A stretch of DNA of 33,000 bases, taken from positions 248,001 through 281,000 of the forward strand of contig NW_021832221.1 of NCBI RefSeq assembly GCF_006345805.1, given 5' to 3'. The notes below the pieces were generated by a model that was given only the letters and a program-made list of their open reading frames with translations, did not search any database and was not told the DNA's origin. Source of the DNA: Octopus sinensis. Taxonomy: Eukaryota. Position numbers and translations under genes: made by a program. Every line of letters starts with the position of its first letter. The stretch's first letter is position 1. Below, one piece after another: positions 1 through 11,127 of this stretch.

Positions 1-3000
1 GTGTCCCTACTTCACTTTTGTGTCAAAAATTTGAGTTTTTCTCCGATTTATATTCGAATATCCTCAAAGAATACCCAAACAATGTCCTGATTGTCAATCC
101 GGTCATTTCGTTTTATTATTTTTAGTGTTTGGAGTGTCTTGGATTCTGTTATAAGGCACTCTCGGCTGACGATTGGACATTTCCGCCATCCTACTTTCTG
201 GATTTCATATCCTTCTCTTCCAGTGCCTTCGCAAAGGTGATTTGTTCGTTTTATTCTCAGATTAGAAAAAAGGTGAGGAAATTTGTGGGTATCCTTGTCT
301 CTAACAATGTGGCCAAATGGGGAAATGAGTTGAAAGGTCACCCTATAGTGTCCCATCTTGCTACATATCTCATAAATAGTCTAAATGGGCATATTGGTGG
401 TGTTGTGTTTGTGTATTCTAGTCGAGGCTAATCATCTTCAAATTCTCTATCTTCTCGCCTTTTCGACTGAATTTGTTGGAAATATTCATTCTTGTCAAAA
501 TGTGTCCTCCCTCATAGACGTGCTACTGAAATTGTTTCTTCTCCATGTCTCTGTTAGTTGTGCACTTTTATTGTAGAAAATAAGTCTTGCGGTGACTAAG
601 GTGTTATATTCTCTGTTTAAGGCTAATCCGCCTTCTCTCTCCTCCTCAATTTTGACAGACTTTATTCGAGTATTGCTGTTACTCAGTTTTAGTTGTCTTC
701 ACAATTTCGTCCTGCGGTAGGCGACGTTGTGCATTTTGTGCCTTTTATTCAAATGTTTGACTTTGCTTGTCGTGCTCTTTGTGGGTTAGAAATGATTTAT
801 ATTGGGTAGTTTGGATTATTGTGCATATGTCGATTCGTGTTCTATTCTGCTGGATTTGTGTGTCGAGGGGTTGAGGACTGGCAATAGGGCGGTCGTCCAG
901 ATCGTGGATTTAGCCATCAATGTTGTGATTTATGTTAATTTCAGGAGTTTCTGAATCGTGCGGGGGAGAATTTGAGTCACTCACAAAAATGGGATGAGAA
1001 AATGCGGTCAGTTGTGGCAGATTTTGTGGGGGACCTGCAAGATTCGATTAATTTACAATCCAAAGACAACTTGGAATGCTTATTTAAAGTATTCGAAAAA
1101 ATCTATTCTGTATTTGTCATCCAATAAAATCTAGAAATTTGGATCTTCTTTTCCTCATGTTTTCACTTCGGTTGAAATTTTGCAATATTTTAGTCGCTGT
1201 CGTGTCTGGCCAACCTTCGTTCCACGAATGGCTTCGAGTATTCCGAACAGCTCGACAGGACAATTGGAGCTGCGGTCAAATCAATGGGCCCTCAATTTGT
1301 GCTGTCTGTATTGGCAGTGGAATTCTTTCCCAATAATGACTTTGGGGACTTGACACATGGCTGGATCCTCCCATTATTGGCCAAAAATATTAAAAATGTG
1401 CCGCTGGAGTACTTTGTCTGCCGATTTCTCCCTCTGATTGACCAAATACAGGACAGGTGTAATCTGCTAGAACAAAATGGGAGATCAGTGTGTGCTAAGA
1501 AATTGTCGACACTCCTGACTCAAATATGGGCACTTTTGCCATCGTTCTGCGACGGGGCGACGGATATATCAAATGTGTGTTTGTGTGTTATTCCAGAGTG
1601 TTGATCCGATAATGCAGAGGTTGTATTCCCTGTGTGTGTCCGACTCCCCGCTTGTGGGGATGGCTCTCCGCGCATTGCGGAAGCTCATTGATACTGCCCT
1701 GTCGTCCCCGAATTGTCAGTCACTGGGAATCCTCATTTTTAGTGGAGGATCGTCAAGTAGTGGGAAAATATACCAAAACATTCGTGTCTTTTTGCATCAA
1801 CAAAGTGATGGGATTGGAACATTCGAATGAAGGGAGAATATGGAAATGGAGTACATCACTACTATTAGGAGAGTAATCGGCTACTTGGTGAGCAGGTGAG
1901 ACGGCAGTCTGTCATTTGTAGGACATTGGTCTGGTTTACTCGATGGTCTTGGGGAAAATGGGTGAACTAACAGTGGATAAATATAAGGAGAACATGCCAT
2001 CGCTGTAGTGATTTGCTGACTATAGTAGACGAGCAATGTTGAGTGTGAGCAGAACAGGAGTTGTTTATTTGGGAAATGAACAGATTGGGGGTCTGCTTGG
2101 ATATATTGTGAGAATATTGGAGGTGGGGCAGTGGGTGTATTGTAGAGTGGACATTCTATTGACCATTGTGTCCAGAAGAGAGGGTATGTGCTTTTGGGTG
2201 ACATTCTTCATCATCCGAGGGGCTGATATATCTTCCCGATTGGGGGAACTCTCCCAATTGCTGTTTGGAGACACTGCAGATTCTTCGTTGAGTTCATCAA
2301 AAGCAGTTTGCAGTGTATTTAAGTATTGAAGGCTCGATTTCGATGTCTTCTTCTCGTTTCTACGCGGCTTGCAGGTTACTCTGAACAAATTGTGGACGGA
2401 ATGGTCGCAGAAGGAATCATTGGGTTGGGGGAAATAGGAAGGAAGGCAAGAGATGGGGCGCACGTGCTTATTAATGGTGCCCGGCAATATATTCTGAGGA
2501 CTGGCGTGGATATGGATTGTTGTGGGGCTACTACTAAAGTGGTCTCCAAATTGATGCTTGGACTGGTGGGAGATGGGTCACTTATATGTCGAGTATTGGT
2601 AGCACTGAGAGGCCTCATTGGTCGGGAGTCGAGTATTGCTTTGTAAGAGTCCAATATAGTGACATTCACTGAGAAGATGGTGGAATTGTGCATAGATAAT
2701 GGGATCAGACTGTTGGGACATCCTCAGTCGGCTGTTGTACTTGAAAGTCTCGGATTGCTTCACTCCACGTTGATTTACTTCAACTGTGGAGTGGTAGTTT
2801 GTTCAATTCATAAAATGGTATTGTGTTGTCTGATTGAGTAGATTCCTGCTGTGATGAGGGTGGCTGGACTGGACTGTTCCAGTAAGATCAGAATCAAAAG
2901 AAGACGAATTTTGACCAAAGCGTGTAAAATGATTGGGTTGTCTCATGTTTGTTATGAGTAGTCTTGATTCACTGAAGGAACTAGTCCCAGTTGAGTTCCA

Positions 3001-3506
3001 CAAGGTTTTGTCGAATATTGCCAAATCAATTCGTTCTAATAAAAAGACAAAGAATGATGATGAAGTGACACTCCATGGCCAAATGTTGTTTTCTTGTATT
3101 TATTTGCAGTGAGGGTGGATTGAGTGACTCGTGTGATGAGACTTGTGTGTCCTCCAGGAGTGTGAGGGGAGTGGTCAGACTAAGAAAGAATGATGGAGAC
3201 ATTGTAGATTTGGCAGATCCTTCTGCCATCGGGAAGACCATGGGTAATGTGTGAATATATATTTTGTTAGAATCTGTTGCTAGAGTGAGTACCCGGGAGA
3301 AATCGGCTGTTTCTGTCACGGAGGATGGGAAATTGGTGGTGATGGGGGAGTGTGGTGGAGATTTGGATGACGAGCCTCATTTGGATGTGAAACGTAAAAG
3401 GAGGAAGTTGGTTGACAAAAAGTCGCGTAAAAAGGCGTGGAAAAAGAATCGAACGACCATGCCTGCCAGTCAGAGGCGTGCCAGGAAAAGGCATGGACAT
3501 TACTGA
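1..3506 (+). CDS. RRP12: RRP12-like ribosome biogenesis HEAT-repeat protein; multi-exon, 5' end upstream of the window
   Basis: Removing GT-AG introns at 102-125, 237-260, 397-421, 553-576, 670-692, 785-809 and 922-944 gives a continuous frame (CLECLGFCYKALSADDW...SAFAK|IRKKVRKFVGILV...HPIVSHLATYL...SLIDVLLKLFLLHVS|KISLAVTKVLYSLFKANP). It is colinear with remembered human RRP12 (SCLATLLRKQDLEAW...HPKPKIRK...HPAAISTAKF...AFHSLFHARP). Basic C-terminal tail ends at TGA 3504-3506. Downstream introns were not all mapped. Confidence 0.88.
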
Positions 3507-3554
3507 TATATTCTCTACAATTTAAACTTAGTTCTTTAATTTTTTAATGTTTAA

Positions 3555-4051
3555 AATGCATGTGTATAAAAATTGATATTAGCTATTCGACCCTCTTTTG
3601 GGCAATCGTGTTGATTTATTAAGGAGATTATTCTATCGACAACGCTATACCGTGTTTGATTGATCTTATAAATCATTTGCTGGATATATATTCGAAACAT
3701 ATATCCCAGTTTATCAAAACAAACACTGACCATAATTTTACAGTTTTCAACTACCTATTTATGCGAAGCAGGTTTTTCCAACCTGCATAATATGAAATAT
3801 AACAAATGCGAAAGTTTGAGAAACATTGATGCTGAAATGTGGCTTTGTCAACCATTCGACCTGATTTGATAATATATGCAACCAACAAAATAATAAGATT
3901 TCATTTTCATTATTATAAAAATTTGGCATTAAATTATCAATTTTTGTACTTGGTTTTACACTCTTAAATTTATTTGTTTATATTTAAATGTGTGCCGTGG
4001 ATTATTTTTTTAAGATTAGTGTGCCGCGAGAATATTTTTTGAAAAGCTCTG
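3555..4051 (+). mobile_element. hAT (Buster-like) DNA transposon relic: 3' end of transposase and right terminus
   Basis: Frame from 3681 reads WIYIRNIYPSLSKQTLTIILQFSTTYLCEAGFSNLHNMKYNK, matching the hAT C-terminal dimerisation motif (FW...YP.L...AL..L..F.TTYLCE.GFS). Two subterminal gtgtgccg repeats (3990, 4019) precede a TIR-like end ttgaaaagctctg (to 4051) and an 8-bp site with central TA, ctctagac (4052-4059). No left end or full transposase is present. Confidence 0.75.
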
Positions 4052-4392
4052 CTCTAGACAGCTCTCTCCATTTCGTTCTATTTTAAACAGCGACGGGCAA
4101 TATTTTCAGCTTTAAACGCTAATTGAAGTAATCACACTAAACGAGAACTGGTTATTTGTAGATGTCAGGCATTGCTTTTGACTATAGGCAAAAAGATTCG
4201 TTAGGCGAATTGACCCTCAGACTATACACTTTCTCCTTTAAAAAGAAAAATCGTCATCTCTTAAGTCTTCGGTGAATATTTGGCAAATTTCAGTAATTTT
4301 GTATTTTTTTATTTTGAACAAAGTAAGTGTATAGTAAAATAATAACCTACAAAAAATATACGAATAAACTATAATTTCGTTTATTGTGGTGT

Positions 4393-4933
4393 ATGAATTC
4401 AGACTCAGCGAAGAATACATTCCTCGATCAAATAAAAAAACGAAAAATATTAGAAGAAGAAGCCTTGATAGCCGTAATCGACCTACTAAACGTGAATATA
4501 ACCCCAGAGCAACTAAACACGAACGTACTGCCCTAAGAATACTCGTAGTTGGCACATTTGAACAAGCACTACTACAAGGACGTGGAAGAAGAGCGATCAA
4601 TTCAGCACATGTGTGGATACCCTCTCTGTGACAATCCTCTCACCAATGTCCCTATTCATCCTCATTCTCAGGTGCCTCAGAAAAAGTACAAAATATGTTT
4701 ATCGAGCAATACTGTCTACGATATTGCCAATCTTAAGGTTATTCTCTCACTAGGCCTTCTAGAAGTTCTGCAGTACGTCCTGCTACCACAATTCTCGCTC
4801 TGTTTTGAATGGACTGAGTGCTGAGCCTATTTGGGCCAGAACTTGCGAAGGAGTGTTCGTGGACAGGGAGGGTGATGTGTCTTCTTCCTCAAGTTTGGAG
4901 ATTACTGCAGATTTTGATTCCATGTGTTTATAA
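4393..4933 (+). CDS. RPAP2: RPAP2/Rtr1 RNA polymerase II-associated protein, minimal 155-aa form, copy A (4 exons)
   Basis: Exons 4393-4524, 4549-4647, 4672-4737, 4763-4933; introns of 24, 24 and 25 nt. Product contains YYKDVEEERSIQHMCGYPLCDNPL, VPQKKYKI, VYDI and KFCSTSCY, i.e. the Rtr1/RPAP2 zinc finger (C-x4-C ... C-x3-C). Confidence 0.88.
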
Positions 4934-5014
4934 AATAATATTTTATTATAAAAATAAATTATTAAATAATAATTAGATACTAAATTTAAATATTTCTAGT
5001 TGACGTGTCTGGTT

Positions 5015-5340
5015 ATGGTACTGTTTTTAATTCAGTAATCATAGGTGATAATTTCAGCAGCAATACTCAACAAAAAAGGAACAGGTGAATTAAAAACAAA
5101 TATTATAGAACTAATATCTCGACAGTTCGTGGATATCGACAGATCCACAATGGAAGGCCTACTGGCCGCCTTCCCACAACTCGTCAAAAACTCTAAAGAC
5201 TACACATATGAAGAAATAGGCGAAATCCGCTACATCTATCAGCCAATCGAGGAACTCTACGTGCTTCTAATAACGAACAAGGCCAGCAATATAATGGAGG
5301 ATATCGAATGTCTCCGTCTGTTCGCCCGAGTGGTATGCGA
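5015..5340 (+). pseudogene. ARCN1: Truncated coatomer delta (delta-COP) duplicate, 5' exons only
   Basis: Matches the start of the full gene at 6660 (one synonymous change in 5045-5332), but breaks 8 nt into the third intron (donor at 5333) and joins hAT-derived sequence. Confidence 0.85.
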
Positions 5341-5460
5341 ATGCATGTGTATAAAATTGATATTAGCTATTCGACCGTCTTTTGGGCAATCGTGTTGATT
5401 TAAGGAGATTATTCTGTCGACAACGCTATACCGTGTTTGATTGATCTTATAGATCATTTG
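5340..5460 (+). repeat. Second copy of the hAT-relic segment 3555-3679
   Basis: aatgcatgtgtataaaa...gatcttata(a/g)atcatttg is nearly identical to 3555-3679 and starts at the same nucleotide. Confidence 0.85.
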
Positions 5461-6034
5461 ATTATTTTTATTCACTGCAATAAAACGTCAAGTTGAATAC
5501 GTGGTTTACTGAGTGCATCGAATTTGGAGCACTGATAGTCAACATCGTGATTCAAGAACTGAATCCTGAATTTATTGTGTTTTTTATAAATTCTTTTTGT
5601 CCCAATATGAGCACTACACGATGTCATCGGCAATGACTAAGCTTTAGACAGCTCTCTCCATTTTGTTCTATTTTAAACAGCGACGCGCAACATTTTCAGC
5701 TTTAAACGCAAATTCGACAAATAGTTATCTATTAATAAAATCTGGACATTTTTAAATATAAAGTAATCTCACTAAACAAGAACTGGTTATTTGTAGATGT
5801 CAGGCATTGCTTTTAACTATTGGCAAAAAGATTCGTTAGGCGAAATGGCCCTCAGACTATACCCTTTCTCCTTTAAAAAGAAAAATCGTCATCTCATTAA
5901 GTCTTCGGTGAATATTTTGGCAAGTTTCAGTAATTTTGTATTTTTTTATTTTGAACAATTAAATGTATAGTAAAATAATAACCTACAAAAAATATACGAA
6001 TAAACTATATAAATAATTTCGTTTATTGTGGTGT

Positions 6035-6575
6035 ATGAATTCCAACTCAGCGAAGAATACATTTCTCGATCAAATAAAAAAACGAAAAATATTAGAAGAA
6101 GAAGCCCTGATAGCCGTAATCGACCTATTAAACGTGAATATAACCCCAGAGCAACTAAACACGAACGTACTGCCCTAAGAATACTCGTAGCTGGCACATC
6201 TAAACAAGCACTACTACAAGGACGTGGAAGAAGAGCGATCAATTCAGCACATGTGCGGATACCCTCTCTGTGACAATCCTCTCACCAATGTCCCTATTCA
6301 TCCTCATTCCCAGGTGCCTCACAAAAAGTACAAAATATGTTTATCGAGCAATACTGTCTACGATATTGCCAATCTTAAGGTTATTCTCTCACTAGGCCTT
6401 CTAGAAGTTTTGCAGTACGTCCTGCTACCACAATTCTCGCTCTGTTTTGAATGGACTGAGTGCTGAGCCTATTTGGGCCAGAACTTGTGAAGGAGTGTTC
6501 GTGGACAGGGAGGGTGATGTGTCTTCTTCCTCAAGTTTGGACATTACTGCAGATTTTGATTCCATGTGTTTATAA
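6035..6575 (+). CDS. RPAP2: RPAP2/Rtr1, minimal 155-aa form, copy B (4 exons)
   Basis: Same exon structure as copy A (first intron 6167-6190), intact frame, all four zinc-binding Cys retained, TAA at 6573-6575. Confidence 0.88.
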
Positions 6576-6659
6576 AATAATATTTTATTATAAAAATAAA
6601 TTATTAAATAATAATTAAATTGATACTAAATTTAAATATTTCTAGTGACGTGTCTGGTT

Positions 6660-8377
6660 ATGGTACTGTTTTTAATTCAGTAATCATAGGTGATAATTTC
6701 AGCAGCAATACTCAACAAAAAAGGAACAGGTGAATTAAAAACAAATATTATAGAACTAATATCTCGACAGTTCGTGGATATCGACAGATCCACAATGGAA
6801 GGCCTACTGGCCGCCTTCCCACAACTCGTCAAAAACTCTAAAGACTACACATATGAAGAAATAGGCGAAATCCGCTACATCTATCAGCCAATCGAGGAAC
6901 TCTACGTGCTTCTAATAACGAACAAGGCCAGCAATATAATGGAGGACATCGAATGTCTCCGTCTGTTCGCCCGAGTGGTATGCGAGTGTGTTCTGACAGT
7001 CCAGCTGTGTGAGTACTGTCCAGAAGTGACAGAGGAAACAGTCTACGACCAAACATTTGATTTAATATTCGCATTTGACGAGGTGGTCACTCAGGGCTAC
7101 CGGGAAAACGTGACTCTCAGTCAAGTCCGGAAGTACATTGAAATGGACAGTCTGGACGAAAATCTCTACAATATTGAGAAACAGGCCAAGGAAAGGAAGG
7201 CTAAGCAAACCATCAGACAGGAGGCTCGGAGGATCACTCAAACTAAGATCCTGGAAGCCCGAATGGACCAACCTGAGGCCAATCCCCTCGCAGAAGCCAT
7301 CAAACAGAAATTGTGGAAACATTTGACCAAGAATTCCAAACCGAGGGAGTATCCGACTGTAAATCACGTTATTCCTGAATTCCGCCAAAAGTCTAATTTT
7401 GTATTTATTCGTAGACCTGTGAGGAGTGCCCCCAAACCGGTGCCCGACTCCCTCAAACTTGGGAATACGAGCAAGGAGGCCGAGTTTATGGCTCAACTGC
7501 GAACAGAGGGGCACGTTTCGAGGACAGTCGACGTTGTTTCTACGGGAAATGTGCAGCGGAAATGGTGGTGATGTGTATGCATGTTTGAGTAGTGTTGTGG
7601 TGTTGGCGAAGGAGTCATTGGAGGTGGATGCAGATTGTGACATGGGATTGGTCAGTCTCAAAATATTCGGGTCACTTTCTGTGCGAATTGGGAATGGGGG
7701 GATGACTCGTTGTGCCGTGGTGGTGAAGGGGAGGGCAGAGGGGATTGTCTTCGAGGTGATTACTCTTCTAATTTGTAGACTCACCCCCGCATTAGTAAAT
7801 CCGTGTTTGCCCAGAGTGGCAGATTGGAGTTGGCTGATACTAAATTTGAGTTCCCGTTGGACACGGACGCCTCACTCGTCAAGTGGCACCAGACTACGAA
7901 AGATGACTCAAAATTGCCCCTCTCTGGTTGATTGTTGGACACATGTGTAGTACACTGCTGGCCAAACCCGAGTTCTGGTGGGATGTGTCTTGTGAGTGTG
8001 GAGTATGATTTGCAGTCCTCAATCGAGTTGTATGATGTGGTTATGACAATTCCCCTCAGGTTGTGTTATCCTTCCAATGTAGGAATCCGAGTTCGGTTAA
8101 AGTGACTCAGTGTGACTGTGGGGAGTTCTTTATTAACCGGTCTCGAGGGTGTGTTGAATGGCGGTTGAGTTCGCTTACGCCTTCTCAGCCTACGGGGATG
8201 CTGGAGTTTACAGGAGAAGGGTCCCCCAAACAGTTTTTCCCAGTGAATGTGTCGTTTGAGTCGTTTTCGTGTCTATCTGGTGTTGGTGTGGAATGTGTTG
8301 TCGTTGGGGAGACGCAGGCTGACTTTGATTTTGAGGAGTCGCTGAATGTCAAGTCATATACTATTAGGTCTACCTAA
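6660..8377 (+). CDS. ARCN1: Coatomer subunit delta (delta-COP), complete, multi-exon
   Basis: ATG-only first exon, then introns 6663-6689, 6730-6753 and 6978-7004. Spliced product MVIISAAILNKKGTELISRQFVDIDRSTMEGLLAAFPQL...RYIYQPIEELYVLLITNKASNIMEDIECLRLFARV...FDLIFAFDEVVTQGYRENVTLSQVRKYIEMDS matches the delta-COP longin domain. The mu-homology domain follows (THPALVN, EWRL, FFPVNVSF). Confidence 0.95.
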
Positions 8378-9140
8378 TTTTTATTATTACTATTAATAAT
8401 AGTACGTTTAATTTCACTCTTTCTGTGCGCATATGAAAGTGGTGTTCTGTCGTTGACTAAGTGGATAGAATTCCTTTATCCCTTATTTAAGTAAAATTTA
8501 TAAATAGCATTTTTACTATTCCAATTGTACTAGTCAACTTTATTCTACCTATTAAAGTAATCCAATTTTTGTGACTTTTTTTTGTGTTGTGTGATTTTGG
8601 TAATTTTTGAGTAATTTTTTTGAATAATCTAAAATTTAATATTGCTGAATAAACATTGGTTCTGTGATTTTAGAACAAATTTCATTATTTCAAGTCAATT
8701 TTTGAATTGTTCCCAGGTTTTCTTTTGATTATATTTTGTTAAATTTAAAAATTTTATTGGCTTGGCCCGTATTTCAAAATGTTTTATTTTCATTAAGATC
8801 AGCCATAATCATTTCCTGTTTTATAAAAATATTCTTAAACGGTTTTTGAAAAATCGTATTTTACGCATGAAGAAAAAAGTTTGTGAGGTAAGTGAATACT
8901 ATGGAGGATTTCATTCTGTAATTTTTATTCATGTTTCATGTTTATTTATATCATGTTTATTTGTATCAAGATCAATTGACAGTCCATTCCTTTACATTTG
9001 ATTATTTTGTTTTTCAATTCCTGACAGTCTCAATTATACTTTTCCGAGCATGCTCTTTGAAGCAACTCCTTTGTCAAAGCGTATTTGTTGAAAAAATTAT
9101 CTGCTCTGTATAATGAAAAAAACTTGAAGTTTATTATTAG

Positions 9141-9269
9141 TTTAGAGAAGGGGACCTGACAAGCAGAAGGAGAAATGACCATCGGGAACGGACATGGCTT
9201 TTCCAACGCACATCAATAGCCATCTTGCGTGAGAATTGCCATTCCATCTTATCCTCTGCTGCTAATTAA
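9141..9269 (+). mobile_element. Possible 3' fragment of a CRE-like non-LTR retrotransposon ORF
   Basis: Frame reads FREGDLTSRRRNDHRERTWLFQRTSIAILRENCHSILSSAAN*, resembling the CRE-type C-terminal motif (D.RE..FLFQR.S.A.QRGNA..IL). Short and isolated. Confidence 0.45.
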
Positions 9270-9557
9270 ATACTAAATAATTATGTCATTGACACAATAA
9301 TTATAAATTAAAAAAAGTTTAGAGAAGAAAGGGAGGTGGTGCTTGAAGTTTCATCCTTTATTCACTTCGAAGGCTTTGGGCTTAGGAAATTAATTAGTTG
9401 CTCATTAACTGTTAATGAGTTTCTATTGATTAATGATAGTTCATATTATTAGTTTATGCGTGTAATCAGATATTTCTTTAGAAGAGAATCCATTATAGCA
9501 CTTAAGTTGAGACGGTTAAAAAAAATGTTTCTTATGATTTGATGGCAAATCAGGACA

Positions 9558-9579
9558 GTTGAGAGCCGCTGCTCTAACA
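9558..9579 (+). mobile_element. Possible orphan hAT (Buster-like) right terminus with target-like site
   Basis: gttgagagccgctg followed by ctctaaca (central TA), resembling the terminus at 4039-4059. No matching left end found. Confidence 0.25.
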
Positions 9580-9976
9580 TATACACTCTGTCACTCATAA
9601 AATTTTAGACAGAAAATAATAAACGACACCAAAATTAACAAAAAGACCTCAAAAACAGAAAAATTGACCAAGTTGACTTAAACTTTTATTCTAAAAGTTT
9701 TTCTGAAATAAAAATGTATTTCTCGTATTTTTATAATGAAATAATAACTTTCGAGTAGATTTAATTGACTTCTGGCTGCCCTATTGTTTACTAATAAATC
9801 ATTATTCTAGTATTGTTGATGAACATTGATAAAAATAAAGTAAGTCAAGTTAATAAGCGTCGCCATAAGCATGGGACATAATTTTCAGTTGATTTTTATT
9901 ATAGTTAAATTCATATTTGATTATAATAAAATTTATAATTTAGTAAAAAATAAATCTAGATTAAGTATTAAGAAAA

Positions 9977-11127
9977 ATGCTCTGCGGTTCTAAACCTTAT
10001 AATTAACTACCTAAAATATATTTAGAAGACTCTTGGCTCGACAAATCGTCGACTCCACCAACAGGCTACCTCCAATTGATGTGCGTCCTCCTGCAGTCAT
10101 TTCAGGATCTTAAACACATTCGAAACGCCACCACAACCGAACTAATTTTCCCATCACTAGAATCCCTCATGTCTGACATACAGTCCTACGGATATTTCCA
10201 AAAGTGTGATCTGATTGTGATTTTTCTTCCCCTCATGTGGGCATTCGTCCGGACAAGACTAATAAAGGACGTCCAAGTTGGAGGACACGTTCACTCCTAG
10301 TCATTCGTCTCCCGAAGGTGGACACGCATCCCCCAGTCCGTCTCCCGGAGGGTGGCACAGAACTCAGTGCAGACGTGCATTCACTTGCTGTTCACTGTGT
10401 GCTCGTGCTATAGCGTGCTGCACCTCCGAAGGCACTACTTTCACGACCCTCTCTCATTTCTGGGGGGTTAGTTGTGTGTAGTATCCCAGATTGGACTGCC
10501 ATTGAGGCTATCCCCCGAGATATCTACGTCAATTACGTCCTGCAGATGACCAGTTATGTCTCGGGGGTGTACTCCACTCTCTATGTCGATGTTTGGAGAG
10601 CAGACTCCCCCCTTCTCCTGTTCCACCACTTCCTCACCATTAGTCTGATTGGCCTCTCCTACATCCTCAGGTGGACTCTCCAGTGAGTGTAGGTTCTTTC
10701 ATACAGGAGTCTTTGTCATGTTTCTTCATGACTTTCTCGACGTGTTTTTGGGAATCGCCAAACTATTTCAATATTTTGGGAAATACTACACTCCTCTCTG
10801 CTTCATAGCCATTTCTAACATTTCTTTATTCCTCTTTTCTGCACTCTGGTTTCCATTTTGGATCATTTTAGGTTCGTCTCGAGGCTTAATTGGTACCCAA
10901 TGAAGGTCTTGTTTGCCTGCTCTGTCGGCTTCGTCGTCTACCCCGAGATTCCCCAGTCCTTCTATTCTGTTTTTAACAGTTTGCTTTGGTTTCTTCAACT
11001 GGCGCACGTTATTTGGTCGTTTGTATGCCATTTTTGGTATTTCTAGTTTATCTTGAAAGCCGTGTATCGCATTCTTCACGGATTCATGCCCGAGTTCAGA
11101 GAAGAGGAGTCAGATGGGGACAAATAA
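9977..11127 (+). CDS. CERS1: Ceramide synthase (TLC/LAG1 domain), CerS1-like
   Basis: Spliced frame gives YFHDPLSFLG|DWTAIEAIPRDIYVNYVLQMTSYVSGVYSTLYVDVWRADSPLLLFHHFLT...LR|FFHTGVFVMFLHDFLDVFLGIAKLFQYF...SRLNWYPMKVLF, i.e. the Lag1 motif (HH...LHD.SD) with CerS1-type DW/PRDI/D.WR.DS residues. The start (ATG 9977 plus intron 9987-10025) is less certain. Confidence 0.88.

Larger units (their letters stand above)
4055..5340 (+). repeat. Copy A of a ~1.3 kb tandem segmental duplication (RPAP2 plus 5' part of delta-COP); copy B is 5645-6985
   Basis: Direct near-identity from tagacagctctctcc (4055 and 5645) through gtggtatgcga (5340 and 6985), with scattered substitutions and small indels, including about 45 extra bp in copy B near 5710-5760. 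Confidence 0.95.

Noticed and set aside
1881-3500. Cluster of minus-strand ORFs of 60-140 aa
   Set aside because: Antisense to RRP12 exons; the G/T-rich sense strand yields few stops on the opposite strand.
3680-3709. Hairpin ctggatatat...atatatcccag suggesting a Helitron end or terminator
   Set aside because: Lies inside the hAT transposase coding relic (WIYIRNIYP) and has no downstream CTRR end.
3769-3785. caggtttttccaacctg resembling a hAT left TIR
   Set aside because: It encodes AGFSNL within the transposase motif, and the preceding 8 bp do not match the right-hand target site.
4238-4631. ORFs 4238-4600 (-) and 4386-4631 (+), and their duplicates at 5946-6273
   Set aside because: Antisense or alternative frames over RPAP2 exon 1; the true frame starts at ATG 4393/6035.
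7062-7784. 240-aa minus-strand ORF
   Set aside because: Antisense shadow of delta-COP coding sequence; no recognisable motif.
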